From: Armatimonadia bacterium
GTDB lineage: Bacteria > Armatimonadota > Zipacnadia > Zipacnadales > UBA11051
NCBI GenBank assembly: GCA_039683575.1
Contig: JBDKRC010000116.1
Coordinates: 1-27,813, forward strand
Length of the DNA stretch: 27,813 nucleotides
Direction: 5' to 3'
In this document: positions 1 through 9,337 of the stretch, piece after piece
Numbering within the stretch: the first letter of the stretch is position 1
Layout: each line of letters begins with the position of its first letter
Translations under genes and position numbers: made by a program
Notes under the pieces: generated by a model
The model's input: only the letters and a program-made list of their open reading frames with translations
Databases searched by the model: none
What the model was told of the DNA's origin: nothing

Positions 1-428
1 CAGTGATCGGCGCGGGCGATTTCGTCGAACAGATCGGGGGAGAGGGGAGACTGCGCACTGACAAGCCGAACTCGGCAGGGCGTGCGTTCTCTCACTGGAA
101 CTGGAAGGGCCACCGCGTCTCGTGGGAGGTCAAGATCCCGCAGCCTGGCCGCTATCACCTCGTCTTCCGCTACGGCAACTCCTTCGGCGCCATCGCGGAG
201 CGCAGCCTTCTGGTGGACAACAAGCCCCTGCCGGGCGCCGAGCTTGTCAGCTTCCCTCCCGTAGGCACCGTGCTCGACGAGTGGGCCACCATGCCCGTCC
301 GTCTCGCAGACGGCTCGCTGGCTGTCTGGGAGCTAGCCGCCGGAACGCACCGCATCACCATGGAAAACACCAACGACCACTGGCTGAATCTCGACCAACT
401 AGCCTTCGTGCCGGCAGTCGCAAGCTAA
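1..428 (+). CDS. 3' end of a protein with a C-terminal carbohydrate-binding module (CBM6/CBM35-like jelly roll); 5'-truncated by the window edge
   Basis: Frame is open from the window start to TAA at 426-428. Pattern WEVKIPQPGRYHLVFRYGN...RSLLVD...LAAGTHRITM...WLNLDQLAF is typical of CBM6/35-type modules. Confidence 0.65.
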   Translation, partial: VIGAGDFVEQIGGEGRLRTDKPNSAGRAFSHWNWKGHRVSWEVKIPQPGRYHLVFRYGNSFGAIAERSLLVDNKPLPGAELVSFPPVGTVLDEWATMPVRLADGSLAVWELAAGTHRITMENTNDHWLNLDQLAFVPAVAS

Positions 429-447
429 GCGGATAGGAGACGTGATC

Positions 448-3400
448 ATGGGTTTCGCGAAATGGACGCTGCTGCTGGTTGTGAGCCTCTCTGCCGCTGC
501 CTTTGCCGCTCCCGCCGATCTGCCGGGCTATCTCCCTGTCTTCGAGAAGCCCGCCGCCTGGAACGCCGGCTCGAACTACGCCTACCACCAAAAGCCCGGT
601 GTCAACCTCAAGGCCGAAGCCGGTCCCGCCAGTCCGTCCGAGCATCCCTCCCTGAAGGTCACCTTCGTCGGCCCCGGCCTGGCCCCCAAGCCCTACGAGC
701 GGGACATCTACCTCTCGCTCCCCACGCGGATCGAGCGCCGGCCCAAGACCATCACCATGTCAGTCTGGGGCGACGCCATGCAGGAGACCCTTGAATTTCA
801 CCTCCGGGATGCGAAGGGCGAGACCATCGTCTGGCGCACCACGGTAGACTGGAAGGGGTGGAAGCAGCTTGAGTTTGACGGCGCCAAGCCCGGCGGCTCC
901 TGGGGCGGCGATGCCGATAACCAGAAGGGTCTCGTTGACCTCCCCATCGTCCGTCTCGCGATTGACATCATGGAAGGCAAAGGCGCTACTCCCGGCCCCC
1001 GCGAGTTGGCCTTCGCCGATCTCTGCCTCACGGAAGAAACCGCTGCCCCCGGCGAAGACCCGCGGCCGGCGCTGGGTGTCGGGCCGACCTCCACGCCGCC
1101 GACTGTGGACGGCAGTCTCGACGATCCCTGTTACGCCAAAGCGGCCCGGGTCACCGAACTTCTGCCCTCCTCCGGCAGCCCCTACCAGTCGCCCCACCCC
1201 ACCGACGTCTTCGTCACCTACGACGCTGCCAACTGGTACGTCGCTTTCCACTGCCACGATGATCCGGGCCATCAACTGACCGTCCAGAAGCGCCCGCGCG
1301 ATGGCGCGGTCTGGGAGGATGACTCGATTGAGCTAATGATTGCCCCTCCGGGCGACCGGCCCCCGTTCCACCACCTCATCATCAATGCTCTTGGCGATAT
1401 CTACGACGAGCGCTGGACCCGCGACGCCCAGGGCGAGGGCGGGCGCTGGGACGGCGCCTGGAACGCCGCTGGCCTGAAGGCGGTCGCGCGCCCGGACGAG
1501 CAGAAGGGCGGCTACTACATCGAACTCGCCCTGCCCTTCGCCGACGTGGGTGGCGTCACTCCCGCCGCTGGCCAGCCCTGGCGCATGAACTTCTGCCGCA
1601 TGCGGCGCATGGAGGGTGGCAGGAACGCCGCTTCCGAAGCCTCCTCGTGGGGCGGCTCGCAGCACTTCCAGGGCCTCGACACCCCCGGCGTAGTCTGGCC
1701 GGCAGTCGCGCCCCTGAGGCTCGAGTTTACACCCCTAACGTGGCAGGTTGGCACCAACGCCCTCGCGGCCCGCCTCATCAGCCCCGACCAGTCTGCTCGC
1801 AAGGTCCGCGTCGAAGTGCAGACATACGACCGCAACATGCGCCCGCGCGCTCAGAGCCAGGAGTTGGCCGTACCCGCTGGACAACCCGCCACGCTCTCAA
1901 TCCCGGTCGAACTCACCACGGACGACGATGGCGGCCATGTCCGTGTGCAGGCCTATGACCTCCCCAGCGGCGTAATGCTCTACCGCAACCTCGTCAAGCC
2001 CATCGCTGTCAAGCACCTCTTCGAACTCGAAACCGACGCCGTGGCCTATGGCCCCGAGCAGGACTTCTGCCTCGAGCGCGTGCACCTCAACCTCCCGCCC
2101 GAGGCACTCGTCACCAGCAAGCTCACCGTCACCTGGACTCGCCGCGCAACCGGCAAGCAGGTCTACCGGCAGGTATTCGACTACTTCTACGCCGACCCGA
2201 TGTGCGTTGCCGTCAGCCTCTCCTTCATGCCTCCGGGCGTCTACGACATCGACGCGGCTCTGACCGGCGCCGGCGACAAAGTACTTGAGCGCCGCCAATG
2301 GGCCATCACCCGCCTGCCCCAGCGCGAGCACAAGCTAACCCCCGTCACCAAGGTTGACCTCGGCCCCAACCGCGAGTTGCGCGTCAACGGCAAGCCCTTC
2401 TTCGGCCTCAGCGTCCACCACGTCCGCCCCGAGGAATACCCCACGCTCAAGCGCTACGGCTTCAACGCGGTGCCGGTCTGGGTGGGCCCGTCGAAGGATG
2501 CCGCGACTTCTCTCGACCGCGCCTGGCAAGCCGGCCTCTACAGCGAACTGGGCCTCTGTGACCTCGGCTACAACTGGGAAGGCTTCTATCGCGATCCGGA
2601 GGGCTCGCGCCAGCGGATGAGGGACAAAGTGCGCCTGAACCGCACTCACCCGGGCCTGTTCACCTACCATCTCGGCGACGAACTCGCGAACGACAAGCTT
2701 GACGACTTCGTGCCCCTCTACCAGGAGGTCAAGCAGCTCGACCCCAACCATCTGCAGTCCATGACCACCGGCCCCTGCTGGCTCTCCGCCGATCAGATCC
2801 GCAAGCGCGCCACGGTCTCCGACATCGTGTCACCCGACCTCTATAACGTGGGCCGCGGCCCGCTGACCGAGCACCCACGCCTGTGCGACATCTACCGCGA
2901 AGCCCTGTCCGCCGTACCCGGCAAGGCCCTCACCAAGGTCCCACAGGTCACGGGCTACTCCACGGTCGGCTATCGTCTGCCCACCCCCGAGGAACTCCGC
3001 TACATGTGCCACGCCGACATCGTCCATGGCGCGAAGGGCTTCTCCTACTACAAGTGGGGCGCGCACTCCAGCGACCCCGGCGCGGAGACCGGGATGCGGC
3101 ACGACTACCGCCTCATGTCGGCGGTGCGCCAGCTCAACTGGGAAATCACCGACCTCTCCGACGCGATCCTCGCCGGACAGCCGGTCACCGTCACCCGCCG
3201 CGATGACTGTGGTAAAGACGTCGAACTGTGGTGCCGCGAAGTAGACGGCCGCAAGTACCTGTGGGCTCTCAACAACTCGAACCTGCCTGCCAAGGCCTCA
3301 GCGGCTCTGCCGGGGCTGAGTGGGGGAGAGGGAGTGGAAGTGTTCTACGAAGACCGCCAGGTGAAGACCGCTTCTGGCGGCGTTCTCTCAGAAGAACTGC

Positions 3401-3456
3401 CACCATATGGCGTGAAAATCTACGTCTGGCCAGGCACTGCGACCTTCGCGGAGTAG
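448..3456 (+). CDS. Secreted multidomain putative glycoside hydrolase: signal peptide, beta-sandwich module, CBM9-like sugar-binding domain and C-terminal TIM-barrel-like domain
   Basis: 1004-aa ORF from 442; AGGAG at 435-439 favours ATG 448. Signal peptide KWTLLLVVSLSAAAFA. CBM9-like motifs PTVDGSLDD, YDAANWYVAF, RDGAVWEDDSIE, YIELALPF, WRMNFCR. C-terminal RVNGKPFF...GFNAV...HPGLFTYHLGDE...DPNH...GAKGFSYY resembles clan GH-A-like barrels. Confidence 0.65.
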   Translation: MGFAKWTLLLVVSLSAAAFAAPADLPGYLPVFEKPAAWNAGSNYAYHQKPGVNLKAEAGPASPSEHPSLKVTFVGPGLAPKPYERDIYLSLPTRIERRPKTITMSVWGDAMQETLEFHLRDAKGETIVWRTTVDWKGWKQLEFDGAKPGGSWGGDADNQKGLVDLPIVRLAIDIMEGKGATPGPRELAFADLCLTEETAAPGEDPRPALGVGPTSTPPTVDGSLDDPCYAKAARVTELLPSSGSPYQSPHPTDVFVTYDAANWYVAFHCHDDPGHQLTVQKRPRDGAVWEDDSIELMIAPPGDRPPFHHLIINALGDIYDERWTRDAQGEGGRWDGAWNAAGLKAVARPDEQKGGYYIELALPFADVGGVTPAAGQPWRMNFCRMRRMEGGRNAASEASSWGGSQHFQGLDTPGVVWPAVAPLRLEFTPLTWQVGTNALAARLISPDQSARKVRVEVQTYDRNMRPRAQSQELAVPAGQPATLSIPVELTTDDDGGHVRVQAYDLPSGVMLYRNLVKPIAVKHLFELETDAVAYGPEQDFCLERVHLNLPPEALVTSKLTVTWTRRATGKQVYRQVFDYFYADPMCVAVSLSFMPPGVYDIDAALTGAGDKVLERRQWAITRLPQREHKLTPVTKVDLGPNRELRVNGKPFFGLSVHHVRPEEYPTLKRYGFNAVPVWVGPSKDAATSLDRAWQAGLYSELGLCDLGYNWEGFYRDPEGSRQRMRDKVRLNRTHPGLFTYHLGDELANDKLDDFVPLYQEVKQLDPNHLQSMTTGPCWLSADQIRKRATVSDIVSPDLYNVGRGPLTEHPRLCDIYREALSAVPGKALTKVPQVTGYSTVGYRLPTPEELRYMCHADIVHGAKGFSYYKWGAHSSDPGAETGMRHDYRLMSAVRQLNWEITDLSDAILAGQPVTVTRRDDCGKDVELWCREVDGRKYLWALNNSNLPAKASAALPGLSGGEGVEVFYEDRQVKTASGGVLSEELPPYGVKIYVWPGTATFAE

Positions 3457-3493
3457 AAGGTCTGTCCCAACGGTTTGACCCCTCGCCGGCACA

Positions 3494-3521
3494 TTGACAA
3501 CCACCGGCAGGGGTGTACAAT
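3494..3521 (+). promoter_or_regulatory. Sigma70-type promoter for the iorAB-paaK operon
   Basis: Perfect -35 TTGACA (3494-3499), 16-nt spacer, -10 TACAAT (3516-3521), about 110 nt upstream of the iorA start. Confidence 0.6.
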
Positions 3522-3633
3522 ATGGCCTAGGCTCCCAGTCCCAGCGGGGGGCCTCTTCGCCATGGCTGTGCCCAATCTCGGCGCCGACGCCATGTTTCAA
3601 TGGCCCGGCGCCGTTTCGTTAGGAGACTTCCGT

Positions 3634-5373
3634 TTGTCAGAGCTTCTCTCAGGTAATCAAGCCATCGCTCGGGGAGCTTACGAGGCCGGAGTTACCGTCG
3701 CCACCGGCTACCCGGGCACTCCCTCCACAGAAATCCTCGAGACTCTCTCCGCCCACAGCGACGATGTCTACCTTGAGTGGTCGCCCAATGAGAAAGTGGC
3801 CCTTGAGGTCGCCGCCGGGGCCTCCTATGCCGGCGCGCGCTGCATTGTCACCATGAAGCACGTCGGCCTGAATGTCGCTGCCGACCCGCTCATGACCCTC
3901 GCCTACACCGGGGTTGTCGGGGGCCTCGTGCTGTGCGTGGCCGATGATCCGGGCATGCACTCCTCGCAAAACGAGCAGGACACCCGCCAGTATGCGCGCT
4001 TCGCCAGGATCCCCGTCTTCGAGCCCTCCGACTCGCAGGAGGCCCTGGAATACATGAAGCTCGCCCTGGAGGTATCGGAGCAGCACCGCACGCCGGTTAT
4101 CCTCCGCTCCACCACGCGCGTCAGCCATTCGCGCAGTCTCGTCGAGACGGGCGAGCGGGTGCCGACCGGCCGAGAGATCGCTTTCGTGAAGGACCCGCCA
4201 CGGTTCGTTCCGATCCCCCTGTGGGGCCGGGCCATGCGGCGCAACGTGGAGGAGCGCCTGGGAGCACTGCGCACTGCCGCCGAGAAGTCGCTGGCCAACC
4301 GCATCGAGTGGCGCGATCGGCAGCTTGGCATCATCACCTCCAGCATCGCCTACCAGTACGTGCGCGAGGTCTTCCCGGAGGCCTCGGTACTCAAACTCGG
4401 GTGGGCCTATCCCTTCCCGGACGAACTGATCCGGGAGTTCGCTGAGGGCGTCGCCGAAGTGCTGGTGGTGGAGGAACTCGACGATTTCCTCGAAGAGCAC
4501 GTCAAGGCGCTCGGTATCGCTTGTCGCGGCAAGGGCGTTGTGCCCCGCTGTGGTGAGTTGTCGGTCGAAGCGCTTCAGGCTGTCCGCGATTCGGGCACGG
4601 GCGAGTGTCTTCCGCCCCCGGCAGCCCCTGCGGACCTGCCGTCTCGCCCTCCGGTGCTCTGTCCGGGATGTCCGCATCGCGGACTGTTCGCTGCGCTGGG
4701 CAAGTTCGACGTTGTCGTCACTGGCGATATCGGCTGCTATAGCCTCGGCGTTTTCCCACCCTTGTCCCGCACTGATGCCATTCTGTGCATGGGCGGCGGC
4801 ATCTCCATGGCCCACGGCCTCGACAAAGCGGGCGAGCCCCGCAAAGTGGTCGGGATCGTCGGCGATTCCACCTTCTTCCACTCCGGCATAACCGGACTGC
4901 TCGACATTGTCTACAACAAGGGCGTGTCCACAATCGTGGTCGTTGACAACCGGATCACGGCGATGACCGGCCATCAGGATAACCCCGGCACCGGACGGAC
5001 GCTGATGGGCGAAGCGACCACGGCGGTCAGCATCCCTGACATCGGGCGCGCCTGCGGCGTCCGCGACATCCACGAGGTTGATCCCTATGACCTGAAGGCG
5101 ACCATCGAGGCGGTACGCGCCGCACTGGAGACCGACGAGCCGTCGTTGATCGTGTCCTGCGCCCCCTGTGTGCTCCATGAACGCACGCGTCTGACGGCCA
5201 AGCGATGCATCGACGCGGAGGCGTGCCGGAAGTGCGGCATGTGCTTGAAGCTGGGCTGCCCCGCCATCGAGAAGAGCGGCGATGAGATACGCATCAACTC
5301 GCTGCTGTGCAACGGCTGTGGGCTCTGCGCCCAGGCCTGCCGGTTCGACGCGATAGGCGCGGCCGAGGGGTAG
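3634..5373 (+). CDS. iorA: Indolepyruvate:ferredoxin oxidoreductase alpha subunit
   Basis: Motifs LLSGNQAIARGA, GYPGTPSTEI, WSPNEKVALE, MKHVGLNVAAD, DDPGMHSSQNEQD, RPPVLCPGCPHR, GDIGCY, TPP-binding GDSTFFHSG...DN, and C-terminal ferredoxin cysteines (CRKCGMC...CP; CNGCGLCAQAC). Start moved to in-frame TTG 3634 behind AGGAG (3621-3625). Confidence 0.95.
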   Translation: MSELLSGNQAIARGAYEAGVTVATGYPGTPSTEILETLSAHSDDVYLEWSPNEKVALEVAAGASYAGARCIVTMKHVGLNVAADPLMTLAYTGVVGGLVLCVADDPGMHSSQNEQDTRQYARFARIPVFEPSDSQEALEYMKLALEVSEQHRTPVILRSTTRVSHSRSLVETGERVPTGREIAFVKDPPRFVPIPLWGRAMRRNVEERLGALRTAAEKSLANRIEWRDRQLGIITSSIAYQYVREVFPEASVLKLGWAYPFPDELIREFAEGVAEVLVVEELDDFLEEHVKALGIACRGKGVVPRCGELSVEALQAVRDSGTGECLPPPAAPADLPSRPPVLCPGCPHRGLFAALGKFDVVVTGDIGCYSLGVFPPLSRTDAILCMGGGISMAHGLDKAGEPRKVVGIVGDSTFFHSGITGLLDIVYNKGVSTIVVVDNRITAMTGHQDNPGTGRTLMGEATTAVSIPDIGRACGVRDIHEVDPYDLKATIEAVRAALETDEPSLIVSCAPCVLHERTRLTAKRCIDAEACRKCGMCLKLGCPAIEKSGDEIRINSLLCNGCGLCAQACRFDAIGAAEG

Positions 5374-5454
5374 GGGCATCTGCGGGGGCAGGCGCATAGC
5401 CTCGCCGTGATGACGATCCTGCCCAAGCGCAGGATCATAGGAGACGAAGTGACT

Positions 5455-6033
5455 ATGAGTGAGACTACGAGTGTGGTGCTCGTTGGGGTGGGGGGACAGG
5501 GCATTCTGCTGGCCTCGGAAGTAACCGCGCGGGCGGCGATGCTGGCCGGATACCAGGTGAAGACTAACGAAGTGCATGGCATGGCACAGCGCGGCGGCTC
5601 CGTCGTCGCCCAGGTGCGCTACGGCGCCGAGGTGTTCAGCCCTCTGGTGGCCTCAGGGACGGCTGCCGTGCTCGGGTCACTGGAGCGCATCGAGGCGCTG
5701 CGGTTCGCCCACTACCTCAAGCCCGGTGGGCTGGCCGTCGTGTCCAGTCAGATGATCGTGCCGGTAACAGTATCCACCGGTCAAGCGCAGTACCCCGCGG
5801 ACGCCCAGGAGCGGCTAAGCCAGGCTTTCCCCCGGCTGACGTACCTGGATGCGGCGGAGATGGCCCTGGACCTCGGCAACATCCGTGCGGCCAACATCGT
5901 CGTCGTGGGCGCTCTGTCGCAGGGCCTCGACCTGCCGCCAGAGGCCTGGCACGAGGCTCTGACGGCCTGCGTACCGGCACGGCACCTTGACGTCAACCTG
6001 CGTGCCTTCGAGGCCGGGAGGCGATCAGCATGA
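5455..6033 (+). CDS. iorB: Indolepyruvate:ferredoxin oxidoreductase beta subunit
   Basis: Motifs VGVGGQGILLAS, EVHGMAQRGGSV, FSPL, NLRAFEAG; directly downstream of iorA. Start at ATG 5455 (or GTG 5449) after an AGGAG. Confidence 0.93.
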   Translation: MSETTSVVLVGVGGQGILLASEVTARAAMLAGYQVKTNEVHGMAQRGGSVVAQVRYGAEVFSPLVASGTAAVLGSLERIEALRFAHYLKPGGLAVVSSQMIVPVTVSTGQAQYPADAQERLSQAFPRLTYLDAAEMALDLGNIRAANIVVVGALSQGLDLPPEAWHEALTACVPARHLDVNLRAFEAGRRSA

Positions 6034-7316
6034 GTTACGGTTTCCACAACGCTGCGATGGAGACCGCTTCGCGAGACGAACTGCGCGCGCTGCAGGATCG
6101 GCGCCTGTGCGAGATCGTGCAGTACGTGTACGATAACAACGCTGAGCAGCGCCGGCGACTGGATGCCGCTGGTGTCAAGCCCGCTGACATTCGGGGCGTA
6201 GACGACCTGACCTCGCTGCCGCTGATGAGCAAAGAAGACCTGCGCAAGAGCTACCCGCTCGGGCTTTGCTGCGTTGACAGTCGTGACCTGGTTGGGATGC
6301 ACATGTCGTCAGGCTCCACTGGCACGCCCGTCGTCATGCCCTACACCATCGCCGACATTCACCAGTGGGGCGAGTGCATGGCGCGCTGCTATCGCATGGC
6401 CGGGGGCGAGCCGGGCGACGTGCTGCAGATCACTCCCTCCTTCGGGCTGTTCAACGGTGGCTTCGGCTTCTTCCACGGCGCTCGTGAGATGGGGCTGTTT
6501 GTGATCCCGACCGGGGCCGGCAACACCGCCCGGCAGATACGACTCGCCCGCGACTTCAAGACACGCATCCTCACCGGCGTCGTCTCCTATGGCATCCGCA
6601 TCATGGAAGTGCTTGAGGAGCAGGGCGCCGGCCTGCCCGACCTGCAAATCGGCATCTTCGGGTCAGAGACCTTCTCCGAGTCAATGAAGCAGAAGCTCGC
6701 TGAGGGCCTTGGGGTGGAGATCTTCGACATCTATGGCATGACCGAGTCCGGCGGCGTGGGGACGCTGGGGATGGACTGCTCGGCGCACAACGGCACGCAC
6801 GTGTGGGAAGACCACTATATCGTCGAGATTCTCGACCAGGACACTCACCAGCCTGTGGCCGACGGCGAGCCCGGCGAATTGGCATTCACCGCCCTGACGC
6901 GCCAGGCCCTGCCGGCCATCCGCTTCCGCACCGGCGACCTGACACGCATTGTGTCGCGTGACACCTGCGCCTGCGGCCGCACCCATGTGCGCATCGCCCC
7001 CCTCGCCGGGCGCGTTGACGACATGCTCATCATCAAGGGCGTGAACTTCTTCCCGCGGCAGGTCGAACAGGCGCTCATGGAGATACCCGGGGTGAAGTCC
7101 AACTACCAGATCATCCTCGAGGAAACCAACGGGGTGAAGGACGTCCGCATCAACGTCGAGGCCGAGCCCGGTGTGACGGGCTACACGGTCGAAAAGCACC
7201 TCAAGCACGTGCTGGGGTTCTCTCCCAAGGGCGATGTCTACGCGCCCGGCGCGCTGCCGCGGGCGGAGGGCAAAGCCAAGCGCGTGTTCTACGAGGGCGA
7301 AGACGGCACCAAGTAG
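6030..7316 (+). CDS. paaK: Phenylacetate--CoA ligase family protein
   Basis: AMP-binding motif HMSSGSTGTP, DIYGMTE, HVWEDHYIVEI, RFRTGDLT, GRVDDMLIIKGVNFFP, LPRAEGKAKRV; ATGA overlap with iorB. Confidence 0.9.
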   Translation: MSYGFHNAAMETASRDELRALQDRRLCEIVQYVYDNNAEQRRRLDAAGVKPADIRGVDDLTSLPLMSKEDLRKSYPLGLCCVDSRDLVGMHMSSGSTGTPVVMPYTIADIHQWGECMARCYRMAGGEPGDVLQITPSFGLFNGGFGFFHGAREMGLFVIPTGAGNTARQIRLARDFKTRILTGVVSYGIRIMEVLEEQGAGLPDLQIGIFGSETFSESMKQKLAEGLGVEIFDIYGMTESGGVGTLGMDCSAHNGTHVWEDHYIVEILDQDTHQPVADGEPGELAFTALTRQALPAIRFRTGDLTRIVSRDTCACGRTHVRIAPLAGRVDDMLIIKGVNFFPRQVEQALMEIPGVKSNYQIILEETNGVKDVRINVEAEPGVTGYTVEKHLKHVLGFSPKGDVYAPGALPRAEGKAKRVFYEGEDGTK

Positions 7317-7335
7317 AGACGAAAGTCGGTAAGGC

Positions 7336-7387
7336 TGTCATCCTGAGCGCGGACGTCTCCGTCCGCAGGGCCGGACGTCTCCGCAGG
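7336..7387. repeat. Intergenic REP-like palindrome cluster
   Basis: TGTCATCCTGAG (7336-7347) resembles the arm of the element at 19934. It overlaps GAGC + hairpin GCGGACG-TCTC-CGTCCGC (7349-7366). CGGACGTCTCCG occurs at both 7350 and 7372. Confidence 0.5.
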
Positions 7388-7465
7388 CAGCCCGCACAAA
7401 GGAACTTTCGGGTCTTCATCGAATCATATTCTACTGATCCGCGTAGCAACCCTGAGGAGCAGCCC

Positions 7466-9151
7466 GTGAGCACCCTGGCGATTCTGAGTGGCGACATGGA
7501 AGGCGCCACCTTTGACCTCACCAAGCCCGTCATTACCCTGGGTCGCCGCGCCGACAATGACGTCGCCGTGCCCCTCGACCCTCGCATCTCGCGTTTCCAT
7601 GCGCAACTCTCCCATCGCGGCAATGACTGGGTTCTCGAAGACCTCGGCAGCGTCAACGGCACTTTCGTCGGGCAGCGCAAGATCCACGGTGCCACCGTCA
7701 TCCGCCCCGGAGACCGCTTCCGCATGGGCCGCACCTGGTTCGGCATAGTCCCCGAGACCGTCCGCACCTCCGAGGTCGAGGCCCGTCAGAACGTCCGTCT
7801 GCTCACCTCGGCGGAGTTTCCCGCAAGTGACTATCCCCCCGCCAATAACGTCATCTACACCGTCGGCCTGGATCAGCCGCGCGCCCAGGCCGACGAGGCC
7901 CAGGCAGAGCGCTGGCTGGAGGCCATGAGTCACGTCAGCGCCTCGCTCGCCTCAACCCTCGATGTCGGCCAGCTTCTCGATATCATCATTGCGAGCATCA
8001 TGACCGCCATCCCTGCCGACGCCGGCTTCGTAATGCTGGTGGACCGCCAGACCGGCGAGTTCGTGCCCAAGGCTGTACGCTATCGCAATCCGGACCTCGT
8101 CGACACCGACATCACGGTCTCCCGCCACATCCTTGAGTACGCCATCAACGAGCGCTCGGCCATCATGACCGCCGATGCCATGGCCGACGAGCGCTTCGAA
8201 GACCTCGACAGCGTGCAGAACCTCCGCCTGCGCTCTGCCATCTGCGCCCCGCTCATACATGGCGAAGAGGCTCTCGGCACCATTTTCCTGCAGTCCCAGT
8301 CCGAGACCGGGGTCTTCACCGAGCAGGACGTCGAGATGCTTCGCGGCATCGCCGCCCAGGCCGCCACCGCCATCGAGAACGCCCGGCTGTACACCGACCT
8401 GCGCCATGCGTTCGACTCACTGCAAACGGCCCAGGAGAAGCTCGTACGCTCCGAACGGCTCTCCACCGTCGGCGCACTATCGGCCAGCATCGCCCACGAC
8501 ATGGCCAACGTCGTCACTCCCCTCAAGCCACTCCTGCGCATGGTCACCAAGGATCACAACGTAGACAACGAAGCCCACGAGTCCCTTATCCGCCAGATGG
8601 ATCGCCTCACAGCTCTACTCGAGCGCATCATGTCCTTCTCGAAGACCGACGAACTGCACCTGCAGCCCGTGCGAGTCGACGAGATCATCCAGCGCACCAT
8701 CAGCCTCATCAAGAGCGAGATCTACCATCGCAACGTCGAACTGGTGATGAACTTCGAGGAAAACCTCCCCCCCGTCATGGCCGATGCCGACCAGCTCGAC
8801 CGCGTCTTCCTCAACCTCTGCCTCAACGCCCTTGAAGCCATGGAGACCATGCCCGAGGACGAGCAGCGCGCCCTCACCATCACCACGGAGCGTGACGGCG
8901 AGGACATCGCGATCAGCTTCAGCGACACCGGCCCCGGCATTTCCGTCGAGATTCAGGAGAAGCTCTTCGAGCCCCTCTTCACCACCAAATCCACGGGCAC
9001 CGGCCTCGGTCTGCATTCCTGCAAGCGCATCATCGAGGAAGAGCACCACGGCACAATTGAGGTCGACTCCCTTGAAGGCATAGGCGCCACCTTCACCGTC
9101 CGCCTCCCAGCCCAACCCGTCCCCGCCGCCTCAGAGCCCGCGGCGCTGTAG
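7466..9151 (+). CDS. Cytoplasmic sensor histidine kinase with FHA, GAF, HisKA and HATPase_c domains
   Basis: FHA: LGRRADND...ISRFHAQL...EDLGSVNGTFV. GAF: DAMADERF...SAICAPL...FTEQDVEML...AIENARLY. H-box SIAHDMAN, N-box VFLNLCLNA, G1 DTGPGI, F-box FEPLFTTK, G2 GTGLGL. No transmembrane segment seen. Confidence 0.9.
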   Translation: MSTLAILSGDMEGATFDLTKPVITLGRRADNDVAVPLDPRISRFHAQLSHRGNDWVLEDLGSVNGTFVGQRKIHGATVIRPGDRFRMGRTWFGIVPETVRTSEVEARQNVRLLTSAEFPASDYPPANNVIYTVGLDQPRAQADEAQAERWLEAMSHVSASLASTLDVGQLLDIIIASIMTAIPADAGFVMLVDRQTGEFVPKAVRYRNPDLVDTDITVSRHILEYAINERSAIMTADAMADERFEDLDSVQNLRLRSAICAPLIHGEEALGTIFLQSQSETGVFTEQDVEMLRGIAAQAATAIENARLYTDLRHAFDSLQTAQEKLVRSERLSTVGALSASIAHDMANVVTPLKPLLRMVTKDHNVDNEAHESLIRQMDRLTALLERIMSFSKTDELHLQPVRVDEIIQRTISLIKSEIYHRNVELVMNFEENLPPVMADADQLDRVFLNLCLNALEAMETMPEDEQRALTITTERDGEDIAISFSDTGPGISVEIQEKLFEPLFTTKSTGTGLGLHSCKRIIEEEHHGTIEVDSLEGIGATFTVRLPAQPVPAASEPAAL

Positions 9152-9169
9152 CCACCTGCCCTCCCAACC

Positions 9170-9197
9170 TCTTCGTAGGACGGGCGTCCCGCCCGTC
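9170..9197 (+). repeat. GTAG-type REP-like element, copy 1
   Basis: TCTTC-GTAG-GACGGGCG-TCC-CGCCCGTC: GTAG tetranucleotide followed by an 8-bp perfect hairpin; 27/28 identical to 14000-14027. Confidence 0.7.
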
Positions 9198-9337
9198 TCT
9201 TCCCCTTGGCAGTCGTCATGATGAAGATGAAGAACATGCCCAAATCCTGAGACTCTTCAGACATACTCTTTAGCCCGAATCCCTATAACTCAACCACCTT
9301 AGCAGCCAAACGTCCGTCCCAACTCCCGGGGGGCGCG

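Noticed and set aside
3649-5577. Long antisense ORFs (642 aa opposite iorA; also 14182-15393, 24067-25080, 25302-26819)
   Set aside because: Shadow ORFs opposite well-supported genes in high-GC DNA, with no recognisable motifs.
9227-9245. Possible self-target of the spacer upstream of cas3: ATG (PAM-like) followed by AAGAACATGC, against the spacer start AAGAAAAGGC
   Set aside because: Only 8 of the first 10 positions match, with a mismatch at seed position 8 and little pairing beyond. This is compatible with chance, so autoregulation is not claimed, though it is worth including in a formal search.
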